Under the pieces are notes generated by a model. That model was not told the DNA's origin. It made no database searches and saw nothing but the letters and a program-made list of their open reading frames with translations. Below, in pieces: positions 28,208 to 37,202 of a stretch of DNA of 64,000 nt (positions are counted from its first letter, which is position 1; each line of letters opens with the position of its first letter). The stretch is from Clostridia bacterium (GTDB taxonomy: Bacteria > Bacillota > Clostridia > TANB77 > CAG-508). The translations under genes and the position numbers were made by a program. The stretch spans positions 4,376 through 68,375 of the forward strand of contig JAFXPH010000006.1 in NCBI GenBank assembly GCA_017528085.1, in the 5' to 3' direction.

Positions 28208-29002
28208 ATGGTTAATAAGATATTCAAATCTTTGGCACTAATTATCATTAGTGCCTTATTAATTTGTGCCTTGACAGGATGCACAAAAAAAGAAGAAACT
28301 ACTAATGTAGAGAATACATCAAGTAGTAGTGAAAATGTAGTAGAAAATACTACAGAAAAGAAATCAGACAAAGTTAGAGTAGTTGATACAATCGACTATA
28401 AAGCTGCTGCTGAAAAGCAATTTGCAGAACCACAAAAAGGAGATACTATTGCTATTATTCATGTAGAAAAATATGGAGATATTAAAGTAAGATTTTTTGC
28501 TGATAAAGCTCCAAAAGCAGTAGAAAACTTTACTACTCTTGCAAAAAGAGGATACTATGATGGAGTTATTTTCCATAGAGTTATTAATGAATTTATGATT
28601 CAAGGTGGAGATCCTGAAGGAACTGGTTATGGTGGAGAAAGTATGTGGGGAGAAGGATTCGGACCAGAACTAGACTATGAACTTGTTCCATATAGAGGAT
28701 CACTTTGTATGGCTATGAGTAATCAGCCTAATAGTATAGGAAGTCAATTCTTTATTACTCAAGCAAATTATGATAAAGAACAAGATGATTATTTAAGGGA
28801 AGCAAATTACCCAGCAAAATTAATGGATGAATATAAAAATTATGGTGGTTATTTATCACTATATCTTCAATATACAGTCTTTGGACAAGTATATGAAGGT
28901 ATGGATGTAGTAGATGCAATTGCTAAAGTTGAAACTAATCCAGAAGATGATAAACCACTAACAGATGTAGTTATAAAATCAATTGAAGTAAAGGAATTTT
29001 AA
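28208..29002 (+). CDS. cyclophilin-type peptidyl-prolyl cis-trans isomerase, lipoprotein
   Basis: FHRVINEFMIQGGDP motif; lipobox LTGC; RBS GGAGGA before ATG 28208. Confidence 0.85.
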   Translation: MVNKIFKSLALIIISALLICALTGCTKKEETTNVENTSSSSENVVENTTEKKSDKVRVVDTIDYKAAAEKQFAEPQKGDTIAIIHVEKYGDIKVRFFADKAPKAVENFTTLAKRGYYDGVIFHRVINEFMIQGGDPEGTGYGGESMWGEGFGPELDYELVPYRGSLCMAMSNQPNSIGSQFFITQANYDKEQDDYLREANYPAKLMDEYKNYGGYLSLYLQYTVFGQVYEGMDVVDAIAKVETNPEDDKPLTDVVIKSIEVKEF

Positions 29003-29010
29003 GATATAGA

Positions 29011-30264
29011 ATGTATGAAATGTTTGGAATAAGTAATAAAATTGTAGATTTAGCATCAGAAGTAGAAAAAGAATTAGAACCAATTTTTAAAGGCTATGAT
29101 GATAATTGTGCTTTAGTTAGTGCTAAAGTTTTAAAAGCTTTTCAAGATAATAGAGTATCTACAAGTGACTTTATAGAAGTTACTGGATATGGATATTATG
29201 ACGGTGGTAGAGATAAATTAGAGAAAGTTTATGCTCAAATATTTGGAGCAGAAGATGCACTAGTTAGACCACAAATAATGTCAGGAACACATGCTTTAAC
29301 ATTAGCTTTATTTGGATTATTAAAGCACGGAGATACAATGATAAGCATCTCTGGAGAACCTTATGATACTTTAAAAAGCGTAATAGGTCTTACAGGAGAT
29401 AGTGAAAATTCTTTGATTAAACATGGAATTAAATATGAACAAATAGAATTAGTTAATAATGATTTTGATTATGAGAAAATAGAAAAGAGAGTAAAAGAAG
29501 GAAATATTAAACTAATTGAAATTCAAAGATCAAGAGGATATTCTCAAAGAAATAGTATTAATATTGATAAGATTGAAAAAGTAACTAAACTTATTAAATC
29601 ATTAGATAAAGATATTATCGTAATGGTAGATAATTGTTATGGTGAATTTGTAGAAGATAGAGAACCTACAGAAGTAGGTGCAGACTTATTTGTAAGTTCA
29701 CTTATGAAAAACTTAGGTGCTGGTATTGCAACTAGCGGTGGATACATAGTAGGAAGAAAAGATATAATTTATATGGTTGGTGAAAGATTAACTGCTCCAT
29801 GTGTTGGAAAAGATATGGGAGCTAACTTTAATCAATTACTTCCATACTTTAAAGGTTTATTTATGGCACCATCAGTTGTTGCATCAGTTTTAAAAACTAT
29901 GACATTTGCAAGTAGAATGCTTGAAAGATTAGGATTTGAAGGTATTAGCCCTAAATATAATGAAAAAAGAGCAGATATCATTCAAACTATTGAACTTAAA
30001 TCAGAAGAGAAACTAATTAAGTTCTGCCAAGGACTTCAAAAGGGATCTCCAATTGAAGCATATGTTGTTCCAGTTCCAGATTCAATGCCTGGATATCCAC
30101 ATCTAGAAATAATGGCTGGAGGAAGCTTTACACCAGGTTCTACTATTGAATTAAGTTGTGATGGACCACTTGTTGAACCATATACAGCTTATATGCAAGG
30201 TGGTTTAACATATGAATATGGCAAATTAGGAATAATGATTGCTTTAGAAAACATGCTTAAATAG
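29011..30264 (+). CDS. PLP-dependent Cys/Met-metabolism family protein (aluminium-resistance-protein/YnbB-like)
   Basis: size 417 aa and overall fold-type-I aminotransferase-like pattern recalled by eye; moderate confidence. Confidence 0.5.
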   Translation: MYEMFGISNKIVDLASEVEKELEPIFKGYDDNCALVSAKVLKAFQDNRVSTSDFIEVTGYGYYDGGRDKLEKVYAQIFGAEDALVRPQIMSGTHALTLALFGLLKHGDTMISISGEPYDTLKSVIGLTGDSENSLIKHGIKYEQIELVNNDFDYEKIEKRVKEGNIKLIEIQRSRGYSQRNSINIDKIEKVTKLIKSLDKDIIVMVDNCYGEFVEDREPTEVGADLFVSSLMKNLGAGIATSGGYIVGRKDIIYMVGERLTAPCVGKDMGANFNQLLPYFKGLFMAPSVVASVLKTMTFASRMLERLGFEGISPKYNEKRADIIQTIELKSEEKLIKFCQGLQKGSPIEAYVVPVPDSMPGYPHLEIMAGGSFTPGSTIELSCDGPLVEPYTAYMQGGLTYEYGKLGIMIALENMLK

Positions 30265-30272
30265 GAAAATTT

Positions 30273-30308
30273 TTAAGACAATAATTATTAATTATTGTCT
30301 TTTTTTAT
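30273..30308 (+). terminator. rho-independent terminator
   Basis: AAGACAATAATTA-TTAA-TTATTGTCTT hairpin + T-run. Confidence 0.75.
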
Positions 30309-30432
30309 TGATTTAATTATACTTTAAAACCACACTAAAGATATATTTTATAAAAGTCTTTTAAAATAAAAATTATTGTGATACAATAACGAAAAAGCAA
30401 AAATATGTTTGTATAAAAATAAGGAGAATGAA

Positions 30433-31029
30433 ATGATTGCATATGTTAAAGGTACTTTAGAAGAAGTAGGAAATAATTTTGTTATTATTGATGTTCAAGG
30501 AATTGGATATAAAGTTTTTATGAGTGATATGTCACTTCAAAAAATATGTGAAGTAGGGCAAACTATTAAAGTACACACATACTATTATGTAAGAGAAGAT
30601 AATATTAGTTTATATGGATTTTTATCTAATGATGAACTAAAGATGTTTGAACTTTTACTATCTGTAAGTGGTGTAGGAGCAAAATCTGCACTTGCTATGC
30701 TTTCACACATCCATCCATCAGACTTTGCATTTGCAATTATCTCTAATGATGTTGGAATGCTTAAAAAGATTCCAGGAATTGGGCCAAAGACAGCTCAAAG
30801 AATTATATTAGAGTTACAAGATAAATTGAAGAATATAGATACAATAGAAAAACCAGAGAGCGGAACAGTAGTTACAAAACACTCAGAAAATGTAAATGAA
30901 GCAATGGAAGCATTACAAATATTAGGATACAATAGAAAAGAAATCGAAAAGGCATTTGACAAAATTGCTAATAAAGATGTTAGTGTTGAAGAGTTAATTA
31001 AGAAAGGACTTACTATATTAGCAAAATAG
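30433..31029 (+). CDS. ruvA: Holliday junction DNA helicase subunit RuvA
   Basis: MIAYVKG...GIGYKV N-terminal OB fold, HhH motifs (LLSVSGVGAKSALAML, IPGIGPKTAQRI); RBS AAGGAG. Confidence 0.85.
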   Translation: MIAYVKGTLEEVGNNFVIIDVQGIGYKVFMSDMSLQKICEVGQTIKVHTYYYVREDNISLYGFLSNDELKMFELLLSVSGVGAKSALAMLSHIHPSDFAFAIISNDVGMLKKIPGIGPKTAQRIILELQDKLKNIDTIEKPESGTVVTKHSENVNEAMEALQILGYNRKEIEKAFDKIANKDVSVEELIKKGLTILAK

Positions 31030-31050
31030 TATTTTAAGGAGATATTTGTT

Positions 31051-32295
31051 ATGGAGTCTAATCAACCATTAGCATTTAGAGTTAGACCTAAATCTCTTGA
31101 CGAGTTTGTAGGTCAGGAACAAATTCTTGGAAAAGATAAACTTTTGTATAGAACAATTGCAGCTGATAGATTATCAAGTTTAATACTATGGGGACCACCA
31201 GGCTGTGGTAAAACATCACTTGCAAAAGTTATAAGTGAAACTACAAAATATAAATTTATAAAGATTAATGCTGTTACATCAGGAGTAGGAGATATTAAAG
31301 CAGCTGTTGAAGAAGCAGGAAACTTACTTTTAAATCCTACAGGAAAATGTATTTTATTTATTGATGAGATTCATAGATTCAATAAACTACAACAAGATGC
31401 ATTACTTCCATATGTAGAAAATGGAACAGTAATTTTGATTGGTGCTACTACAGAAAATCCTTATTTTGAGGTTAACAAAGCCTTAATTTCAAGATCTATG
31501 GTAGTAAGATTAGAACCACTTAAAAAAGAAGATATCATAAAAATCGTAAATAATGCTCTAAAGAACAAAGAAGGTCTTGGAGATTATAATATAAAGATTA
31601 GCAAATCTACTATTGAAACAATAGCAGAGATTTCTAATGGCGATGTTAGAACTGCTTTAAATGGATTAGAGGTAGCAGTACTAACTACTAAAATGAATGC
31701 AAAAGGCGAAATAGTTATCACAGATGAGATAGCAAGTCAATCAATGAATACTAATAAAGCTATGTTTGATAAAAAAGGTGATTCTCATTATGATAATATT
31801 AGTGCATTTATCAAATCTTTAAGAGGTAGTGATCCAGATGCTGCTATATTCTATTTAGCAAGAGCACTAAATGCAGGAGAAGATCCTGTATTTATGGCAA
31901 GAAGAATGGTTATTCTATCTGCCGAAGATGTTGGACTTGCAAATCCAGAAGCACTTCAAGTAGCTACTGCTGCTATGGAAGCTACAAGAATGGTGGGTAT
32001 GCCGGAAGCAAGAATAATTCTAGCAGAAGCAGCAGTATATTTAGCAAGATCAAAGAAATCAAACTCTGCATATCTTGCAATTGATAAAGCACTAGCAGAT
32101 GTTAGAAGTAAAGATACTGGAACAATTCCAATGCACATAAGAAATGCACCAGCAGAAGGAATGAGTGATTTCGGATATGGACAAGGATATAAATATCCAC
32201 ATGATTTCCCAGGTCACTATGTAGAACAACAATATTTACCAGACAAGATGCTTGGAACTAAATATTATGAAAAAGGTGAAAATGATATAGATTAG
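31051..32295 (+). CDS. rarA: recombination/replication-associated AAA+ ATPase RarA (MgsA)
   Basis: LWGPPGCGKTSLA Walker A, IDEIHRFNK, C-terminal GYKYPHDFPGHYV..QYLP signature; not RuvB. Confidence 0.85.
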   Translation: MESNQPLAFRVRPKSLDEFVGQEQILGKDKLLYRTIAADRLSSLILWGPPGCGKTSLAKVISETTKYKFIKINAVTSGVGDIKAAVEEAGNLLLNPTGKCILFIDEIHRFNKLQQDALLPYVENGTVILIGATTENPYFEVNKALISRSMVVRLEPLKKEDIIKIVNNALKNKEGLGDYNIKISKSTIETIAEISNGDVRTALNGLEVAVLTTKMNAKGEIVITDEIASQSMNTNKAMFDKKGDSHYDNISAFIKSLRGSDPDAAIFYLARALNAGEDPVFMARRMVILSAEDVGLANPEALQVATAAMEATRMVGMPEARIILAEAAVYLARSKKSNSAYLAIDKALADVRSKDTGTIPMHIRNAPAEGMSDFGYGQGYKYPHDFPGHYVEQQYLPDKMLGTKYYEKGENDID

Positions 32296-32304
32296 GAGAA
32301 TAAT

Positions 32305-33663
32305 ATGAACTTTGAAGAATTAAGGGAGAAACACCCAGTAATTTTATATAGAAGTTATGATATTGAAGATAAGGAAGATAGGTTAGTAATAACATACCAT
32401 TTTGAGATTCCAAACCTAGCTTCTTTTTATCCTAAGATTGAAATATTAAAGAAGAGTTTTAAATTTAAAGATATTCATTCTAATATAGTTAAAAACATGG
32501 TTTTTAATATTGGAATGGTAGAACTATTAAGCTACTTTAAATGTACATGCTCTAAACAAGTAATTGTAGAGTGTGGTTCTTTAGACGAAAGACAGGTTAG
32601 ATGGTATAAGAAATTATACTATTTAGGACTTGGTGAATTCAGATTTATTAATCACATAAGTATTGATATGGATTCTTTTGTAGAGATAATTTCTACTGGA
32701 GAAAAACTAGAAGTAGAGAACTCTTTGGAAGAACTATCTGGCAATTTAATTCCTGTAGGTGGTGGAAAAGATTCTAATGTAACTATGGAATTATTAAACG
32801 AATCTAAAAATGATAATCTATGCTTCTTAATTGGAAGTAAAACAGTATCAATAGAGTGTACAAAAGCTGCAGGATATGAATATGATAAAGTAGTAGAAAT
32901 TAATAGAATTATAGATAAGAATTTATTAGATTTAAATAGCAAAGGGTACTTGAACGGACACACTCCATTTTCAGCAATAGTTGCATTTATCTCATATTTA
33001 GTGTCATATTTACTAGGAAAGAAGTATATTATTCTATCAAATGAAGATAGCGCCAATGAAACTAATGTTGAAGGTGAGAACATAAATCATCAATATTCAA
33101 AGACATTAGAGTTTGAAAATGACTTTAGGGAGTATGCTAGAGATTATTTGAAAGCAGGAGTAGAGTACTTTAGTATCTTAAGACCAATTACAGAACTTCA
33201 AATAGCATATTTGTTTTCTAAAAATGAGAAGTATCACAAGATATTCAAAAGTTGTAATGTAGGAAGCAAAAAGGAACCTTGGAATTGGTGCTGTAATTGT
33301 CCAAAGTGCTTATTTGTATATACAATATTAAGTCCATTCCTATATAAAGAAAAACTAGTAGATATCTTTGGCGAAGATTTATTTAGAAAAGAATCATTAT
33401 TAGATACATTTATTTCACTTTGCGGATATGGAACTAATAAACCATTTGAATGTGTTGGTACATATAAAGAAGTAGGATATGCTTTAACTAGAGTAATAGA
33501 TGATTTAAAATCAAAGGGTGAAGAATTACCTTATCTTTTAAAGTATTATGATGATAACTTTAACAAGGTATATGATGAGAATATTTTAAAATACTATAAT
33601 GATGAAAATAACTTACCAGAGGAATTTGGCAAGATATTAAAAGGAAGCTTAGGTATATGTTAA
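32305..33663 (+). CDS. hypothetical protein with PP-loop-like motif (VGGGKDSN) and C-terminal Cys cluster (CCNCPKC)
   Basis: 452-aa ORF; SGGxDS-like motif suggests ATP-pyrophosphatase (PP-loop) superfamily; no closer assignment possible by eye. Confidence 0.5.
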   Translation: MNFEELREKHPVILYRSYDIEDKEDRLVITYHFEIPNLASFYPKIEILKKSFKFKDIHSNIVKNMVFNIGMVELLSYFKCTCSKQVIVECGSLDERQVRWYKKLYYLGLGEFRFINHISIDMDSFVEIISTGEKLEVENSLEELSGNLIPVGGGKDSNVTMELLNESKNDNLCFLIGSKTVSIECTKAAGYEYDKVVEINRIIDKNLLDLNSKGYLNGHTPFSAIVAFISYLVSYLLGKKYIILSNEDSANETNVEGENINHQYSKTLEFENDFREYARDYLKAGVEYFSILRPITELQIAYLFSKNEKYHKIFKSCNVGSKKEPWNWCCNCPKCLFVYTILSPFLYKEKLVDIFGEDLFRKESLLDTFISLCGYGTNKPFECVGTYKEVGYALTRVIDDLKSKGEELPYLLKYYDDNFNKVYDENILKYYNDENNLPEEFGKILKGSLGIC

Positions 33664-35027
33664 AAGAATTATTAGATTATTTAGATTCAAAGAATAGAAT
33701 ATTGATATTAGGTTTCGGTAGAGAGGGAAGAAGTACATATAATTTAATTAGAAAATTCTTTCCAGAAAAGAAGCTATTTATTGCAGATCAAAAGATGGAT
33801 TTGCTTGAAAATAATATAGATTTAGGTGAAGATATCAATCTAGAAGTATCATTAGGAGAAGGTTATTTAAATGGCCTTTATGATTATGACCTAATTATAA
33901 AAGCTCCTGGTGTTACTTTTAAAGGAACTGATATAGATGTAAATATTATTAGAGATAAACTAACTTCAGAGTTGGATTTATTCTTTAAATTCTTTAATGA
34001 TAAAGTTACTACTATAGGAATAACAGGAACAAAGGGAAAAAGTACAACAAGTTCTTTGTGCTATGCAATTCTAAACAGTAATAATAAAAAAGCTAGCTTA
34101 CTTGGAAATATAGGAAAGCCAATATTTGAAGAGGTAGAAAATATTACTGAAGAAACATATGTTGTTATAGAGCTTTCATCACATGCTCTTCAATATGTTA
34201 ATTATTCACCTAATATTGCAATTCTACTAAATATGTTCGAAGAGCATTTAGACTATTATGATTCTTATGAAGATTATATAGATGCTAAGTGCAATATATT
34301 TAAATATCAAACAGAAAAAGATTATCTAATATATAATATTGATAATCCAGATGTAGTAAGAAAAGTAGTAAACTTAAAATCTACAGGAATAAAAATAAGT
34401 CTAGATGAGAAAAACTCTGATAGCTTAGTTTATATTAAAGATGACACAATCTATGTAAAAGATACACCTGCTATGAGACTAGATGAAGAAATTAATCTAA
34501 TAGGATTGCACAATAAGAATGATATTATGTTTGTACTTGCAGTAAGTGATATTTTAGGATTAGATTTAAATTCATCACTTAAAGGAATAAGGGATTTTAG
34601 ACCTTTAGAACATAGAATAGAACATTTCGCTAATATTAATGGTGTAGATTATTATAATGATTCAATAGCAACAATTCCAGCCTCAACAATTAACTGTGTT
34701 AACTCAATTTCTAACATTGGAACATTAATAGTAGGAGGTAAAGATAGAGGAATTGACTATAGTGAATTTTGTGAGTTCCTATTAAACACAAATATTGAAA
34801 ATATTATTTGTATACATGCTACAGGCAAAATAATTTATGAAAGAATAAAATCTTCTAATAAAAATACTTACTATACGGAAGATTTTGATGAAGCATGTAG
34901 AATAGCAAAAGAAATGACAAAATCAGGTACTGCATGTGTTTTATCACCTGCAGCATCTAGCTATGGATACTTTAAAAACTTCGAAGAAAGAGGAAGAAAA
35001 TTTAAAGAAAACATCAAAAATAATTAG
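33657..35027 (+). CDS. murD: UDP-N-acetylmuramoyl-L-alanine--D-glutamate ligase
   Basis: ILILGFGREGRS Rossmann N-term, IGITGTKGKSTT P-loop. Confidence 0.85.
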   Translation: MLKELLDYLDSKNRILILGFGREGRSTYNLIRKFFPEKKLFIADQKMDLLENNIDLGEDINLEVSLGEGYLNGLYDYDLIIKAPGVTFKGTDIDVNIIRDKLTSELDLFFKFFNDKVTTIGITGTKGKSTTSSLCYAILNSNNKKASLLGNIGKPIFEEVENITEETYVVIELSSHALQYVNYSPNIAILLNMFEEHLDYYDSYEDYIDAKCNIFKYQTEKDYLIYNIDNPDVVRKVVNLKSTGIKISLDEKNSDSLVYIKDDTIYVKDTPAMRLDEEINLIGLHNKNDIMFVLAVSDILGLDLNSSLKGIRDFRPLEHRIEHFANINGVDYYNDSIATIPASTINCVNSISNIGTLIVGGKDRGIDYSEFCEFLLNTNIENIICIHATGKIIYERIKSSNKNTYYTEDFDEACRIAKEMTKSGTACVLSPAASSYGYFKNFEERGRKFKENIKNN

Positions 35028-35228
35028 TTGCAAATAATTATTAAAGTCTAAAACAATATAAAATAAAGGAAAAAATTTTGAAAGAACAGTAAAAAGTTTG
35101 TGAAAAATAAACTTTTTATGTAGACAAAGCCGTCAAAAGGTGCTATAATATAATTGTTTTAAGCGGATTTATAAGGTACATTTTGATGAATTAAAACACA
35201 GTAGAAAAAATTTTAGGGGGAATAAAAA

Positions 35229-35909
35229 TTGAATACTAATTATTTAGAGAACAATCATTTACAATTAGTGGGTAAGATTGTAAGTGATAAAAGCTACAGT
35301 CACGAGATTTATGGAGAAAAATTCTATAACTTTGATTTAGAAGTTATTAGATTAAGCAACACAGTAGACATTATACCTATTACAATTTCTGAAAGACTAC
35401 TTACTGAAGTAGATATAGAAATTGGAAAAAACGTTATTATTGAAGGTCAATTTAGATCATACAATAACTATGAGAACGAAAGAAACAGATTAGTTTTAAC
35501 AGTATTTGCAAAAGAGATCAAAGTTGTTTCAGAAGACGACGTTATAGAAGTTACTAACAATGTTGTATTAGTTGGTTATGTATGTAAAAAACCAATTTAC
35601 AGACAAACACCATTTGGAAGAGAAATTGCAGATATATTATTAGCTGTTAACAGAGCTTATAATAAATCAGATTACATTCCATGTATTTCATGGGGAAGAA
35701 ATGCAAGATTCTGCCAAAACATGGAAGTAGGAACTGAAGTTAAAATTGTTGGTAGAGTTCAATCAAGAAATTATGAAAAGAAGCATGAAGATGGTTCTGT
35801 TGAAACAAGAGTTGCTTACGAAGTATCAGTAGCAAGTATGGAAGTAGTTGATGAAGAAAATATGGATTCAACAACTGAAAGCGAAACAGAAAACGTTGAA
35901 AATGCATAA
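35229..35909 (+). CDS. SSB-like protein with two tandem OB folds and acidic C-terminal tail
   Basis: TTG start after AGGGGG RBS; two similar ~100-aa halves each resembling SSB OB fold; ends in acidic tail ...ESETENVENA. Confidence 0.5.
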   Translation: MNTNYLENNHLQLVGKIVSDKSYSHEIYGEKFYNFDLEVIRLSNTVDIIPITISERLLTEVDIEIGKNVIIEGQFRSYNNYENERNRLVLTVFAKEIKVVSEDDVIEVTNNVVLVGYVCKKPIYRQTPFGREIADILLAVNRAYNKSDYIPCISWGRNARFCQNMEVGTEVKIVGRVQSRNYEKKHEDGSVETRVAYEVSVASMEVVDEENMDSTTESETENVENA

Positions 35910-35943
35910 TGAAGAAATATAGATTTTAGCAAATTATATAAAT

Positions 35944-35987
35944 GCTCACGTACTAATTTGAAATTGGTATGTGGGCGTTATTTTTTT
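35944..35987 (+). terminator. rho-independent terminator (stem with 2 G-U pairs)
   Basis: GCTCACGTAC...GTATGTGGGC hairpin + T7. Confidence 0.45.
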
Positions 35988-36217
35988 GTGATTTTTTCTC
36001 CTAGGGAATAAAGGGTTTCAAAAAATAAAAAATCATAAAAAAATCACAAAAATATGTAGAAATAAATTTACTTTAATGATAGAATTATCATGATAATTTT
36101 TGGATTTCTAAGGGGAAAAGATGAGAAAAAAATTAGTAAGTTGTTTATTATATTTGAATTTATTTTTTATTATTTTATTTTCAATAAAATCGACTACAAG
36201 CATTCGGAATCAGGAAA

Positions 36218-37198
36218 GTGGAATATATTTATGGTATTTTTGTAGGAATTTTAATTTTTGCTCCTACAGCTTATTCTTTATTAAAAGCAAAAGAAATACC
36301 AAATAATATTAAAGAAATTAAAAGATTCGATGAACATTCTGTTTCCCCAGTGATTGCAGAATCATTAATAGATGGAAAAATAAATCTTGATAAATTAATT
36401 TTAACTACTTTAGTTGAATTAGTCGCTAAAGGAAAAATAAGTAGACAAAATGGAATGTTTAAACTTGAATCTATAGATGATCTTGATGAATATGAAAAAG
36501 AAGTAGTTTTTATTTTATTTGATGAAGTTGGAGACGAAACTAGTTTTAAACAAATAAATGATAATTTAAAAGAAAATGATTGTTTTGAAAGTAAGATATC
36601 TCATTTAAAATATGAAATCAGAAAACAACTAAGAGAAGATGGTTTCTTTGATAGTAAAGTTAAATCAAGATTAAATGTTGTAAAAGCTTTTGCTATTATG
36701 AATATTATAAATTTAATATTTTTCTTATTATCAGTTTGCATGAAAAGTATTCCATTTACAGGAATAATTACAGGAAATCTAGTAGGACTTTTAGTAATTG
36801 GCTTTTTAAGAAATAATATCTATAAAGTTGTTGATGATCTATTCTCATTTAGAAATGTCGGAAGAATAATCTTATGGATATTCTTCATATGTTTGATTTC
36901 TATTTTAGGTTATCTAACACTTAATATCTATTTCTTGATATTTGGAGTATTAGAAATGGTATTAATATTAAATTCATTAAATTATTCAACTCTTGATACA
37001 TATACGGAAAAAGGTATTATGAGCCTTCATAGTATACTAGCTTATAAAAATTATTTGATGAGTAATGAAGTAGATGTAAAAGATGTGGATAACGATAACT
37101 ATACGATGGATTTAGCTTACGCAATAGCGTTTAACATGAAAACAGCATTGAATGATAAAATTGAAAATGCAGATATAAAAATTAGTTTTAAAGGATAA
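36218..37198 (+). CDS. polytopic membrane protein, unknown function (DUF2207-like topology: TM, soluble domain, TM bundle)
   Basis: 326-aa ORF with N-terminal TM and 4 C-terminal TMs; overlapping 61-aa ORF 36121..36306 judged spurious. Confidence 0.5.
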   Translation: MEYIYGIFVGILIFAPTAYSLLKAKEIPNNIKEIKRFDEHSVSPVIAESLIDGKINLDKLILTTLVELVAKGKISRQNGMFKLESIDDLDEYEKEVVFILFDEVGDETSFKQINDNLKENDCFESKISHLKYEIRKQLREDGFFDSKVKSRLNVVKAFAIMNIINLIFFLLSVCMKSIPFTGIITGNLVGLLVIGFLRNNIYKVVDDLFSFRNVGRIILWIFFICLISILGYLTLNIYFLIFGVLEMVLILNSLNYSTLDTYTEKGIMSLHSILAYKNYLMSNEVDVKDVDNDNYTMDLAYAIAFNMKTALNDKIENADIKISFKG

Positions 37199-37202
37199 TG
37201 AT

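Noticed and set aside
30380-30420. Possible LexA (Cheo-box-like) operator upstream of ruvA (CAAAAATATGTTTG)
   Set aside because: It has only a partial match to GAAC-N4-GTTC (AAAA/GTTT half-sites), so it cannot be distinguished from chance in AT-rich DNA.
36121-36306. 61-aa ORF overlapping the start of the 36218 membrane-protein gene
   Set aside because: It overlaps the larger gene in another frame, has poly-Leu/Phe AT-rich composition and no RBS, so it is likely spurious.
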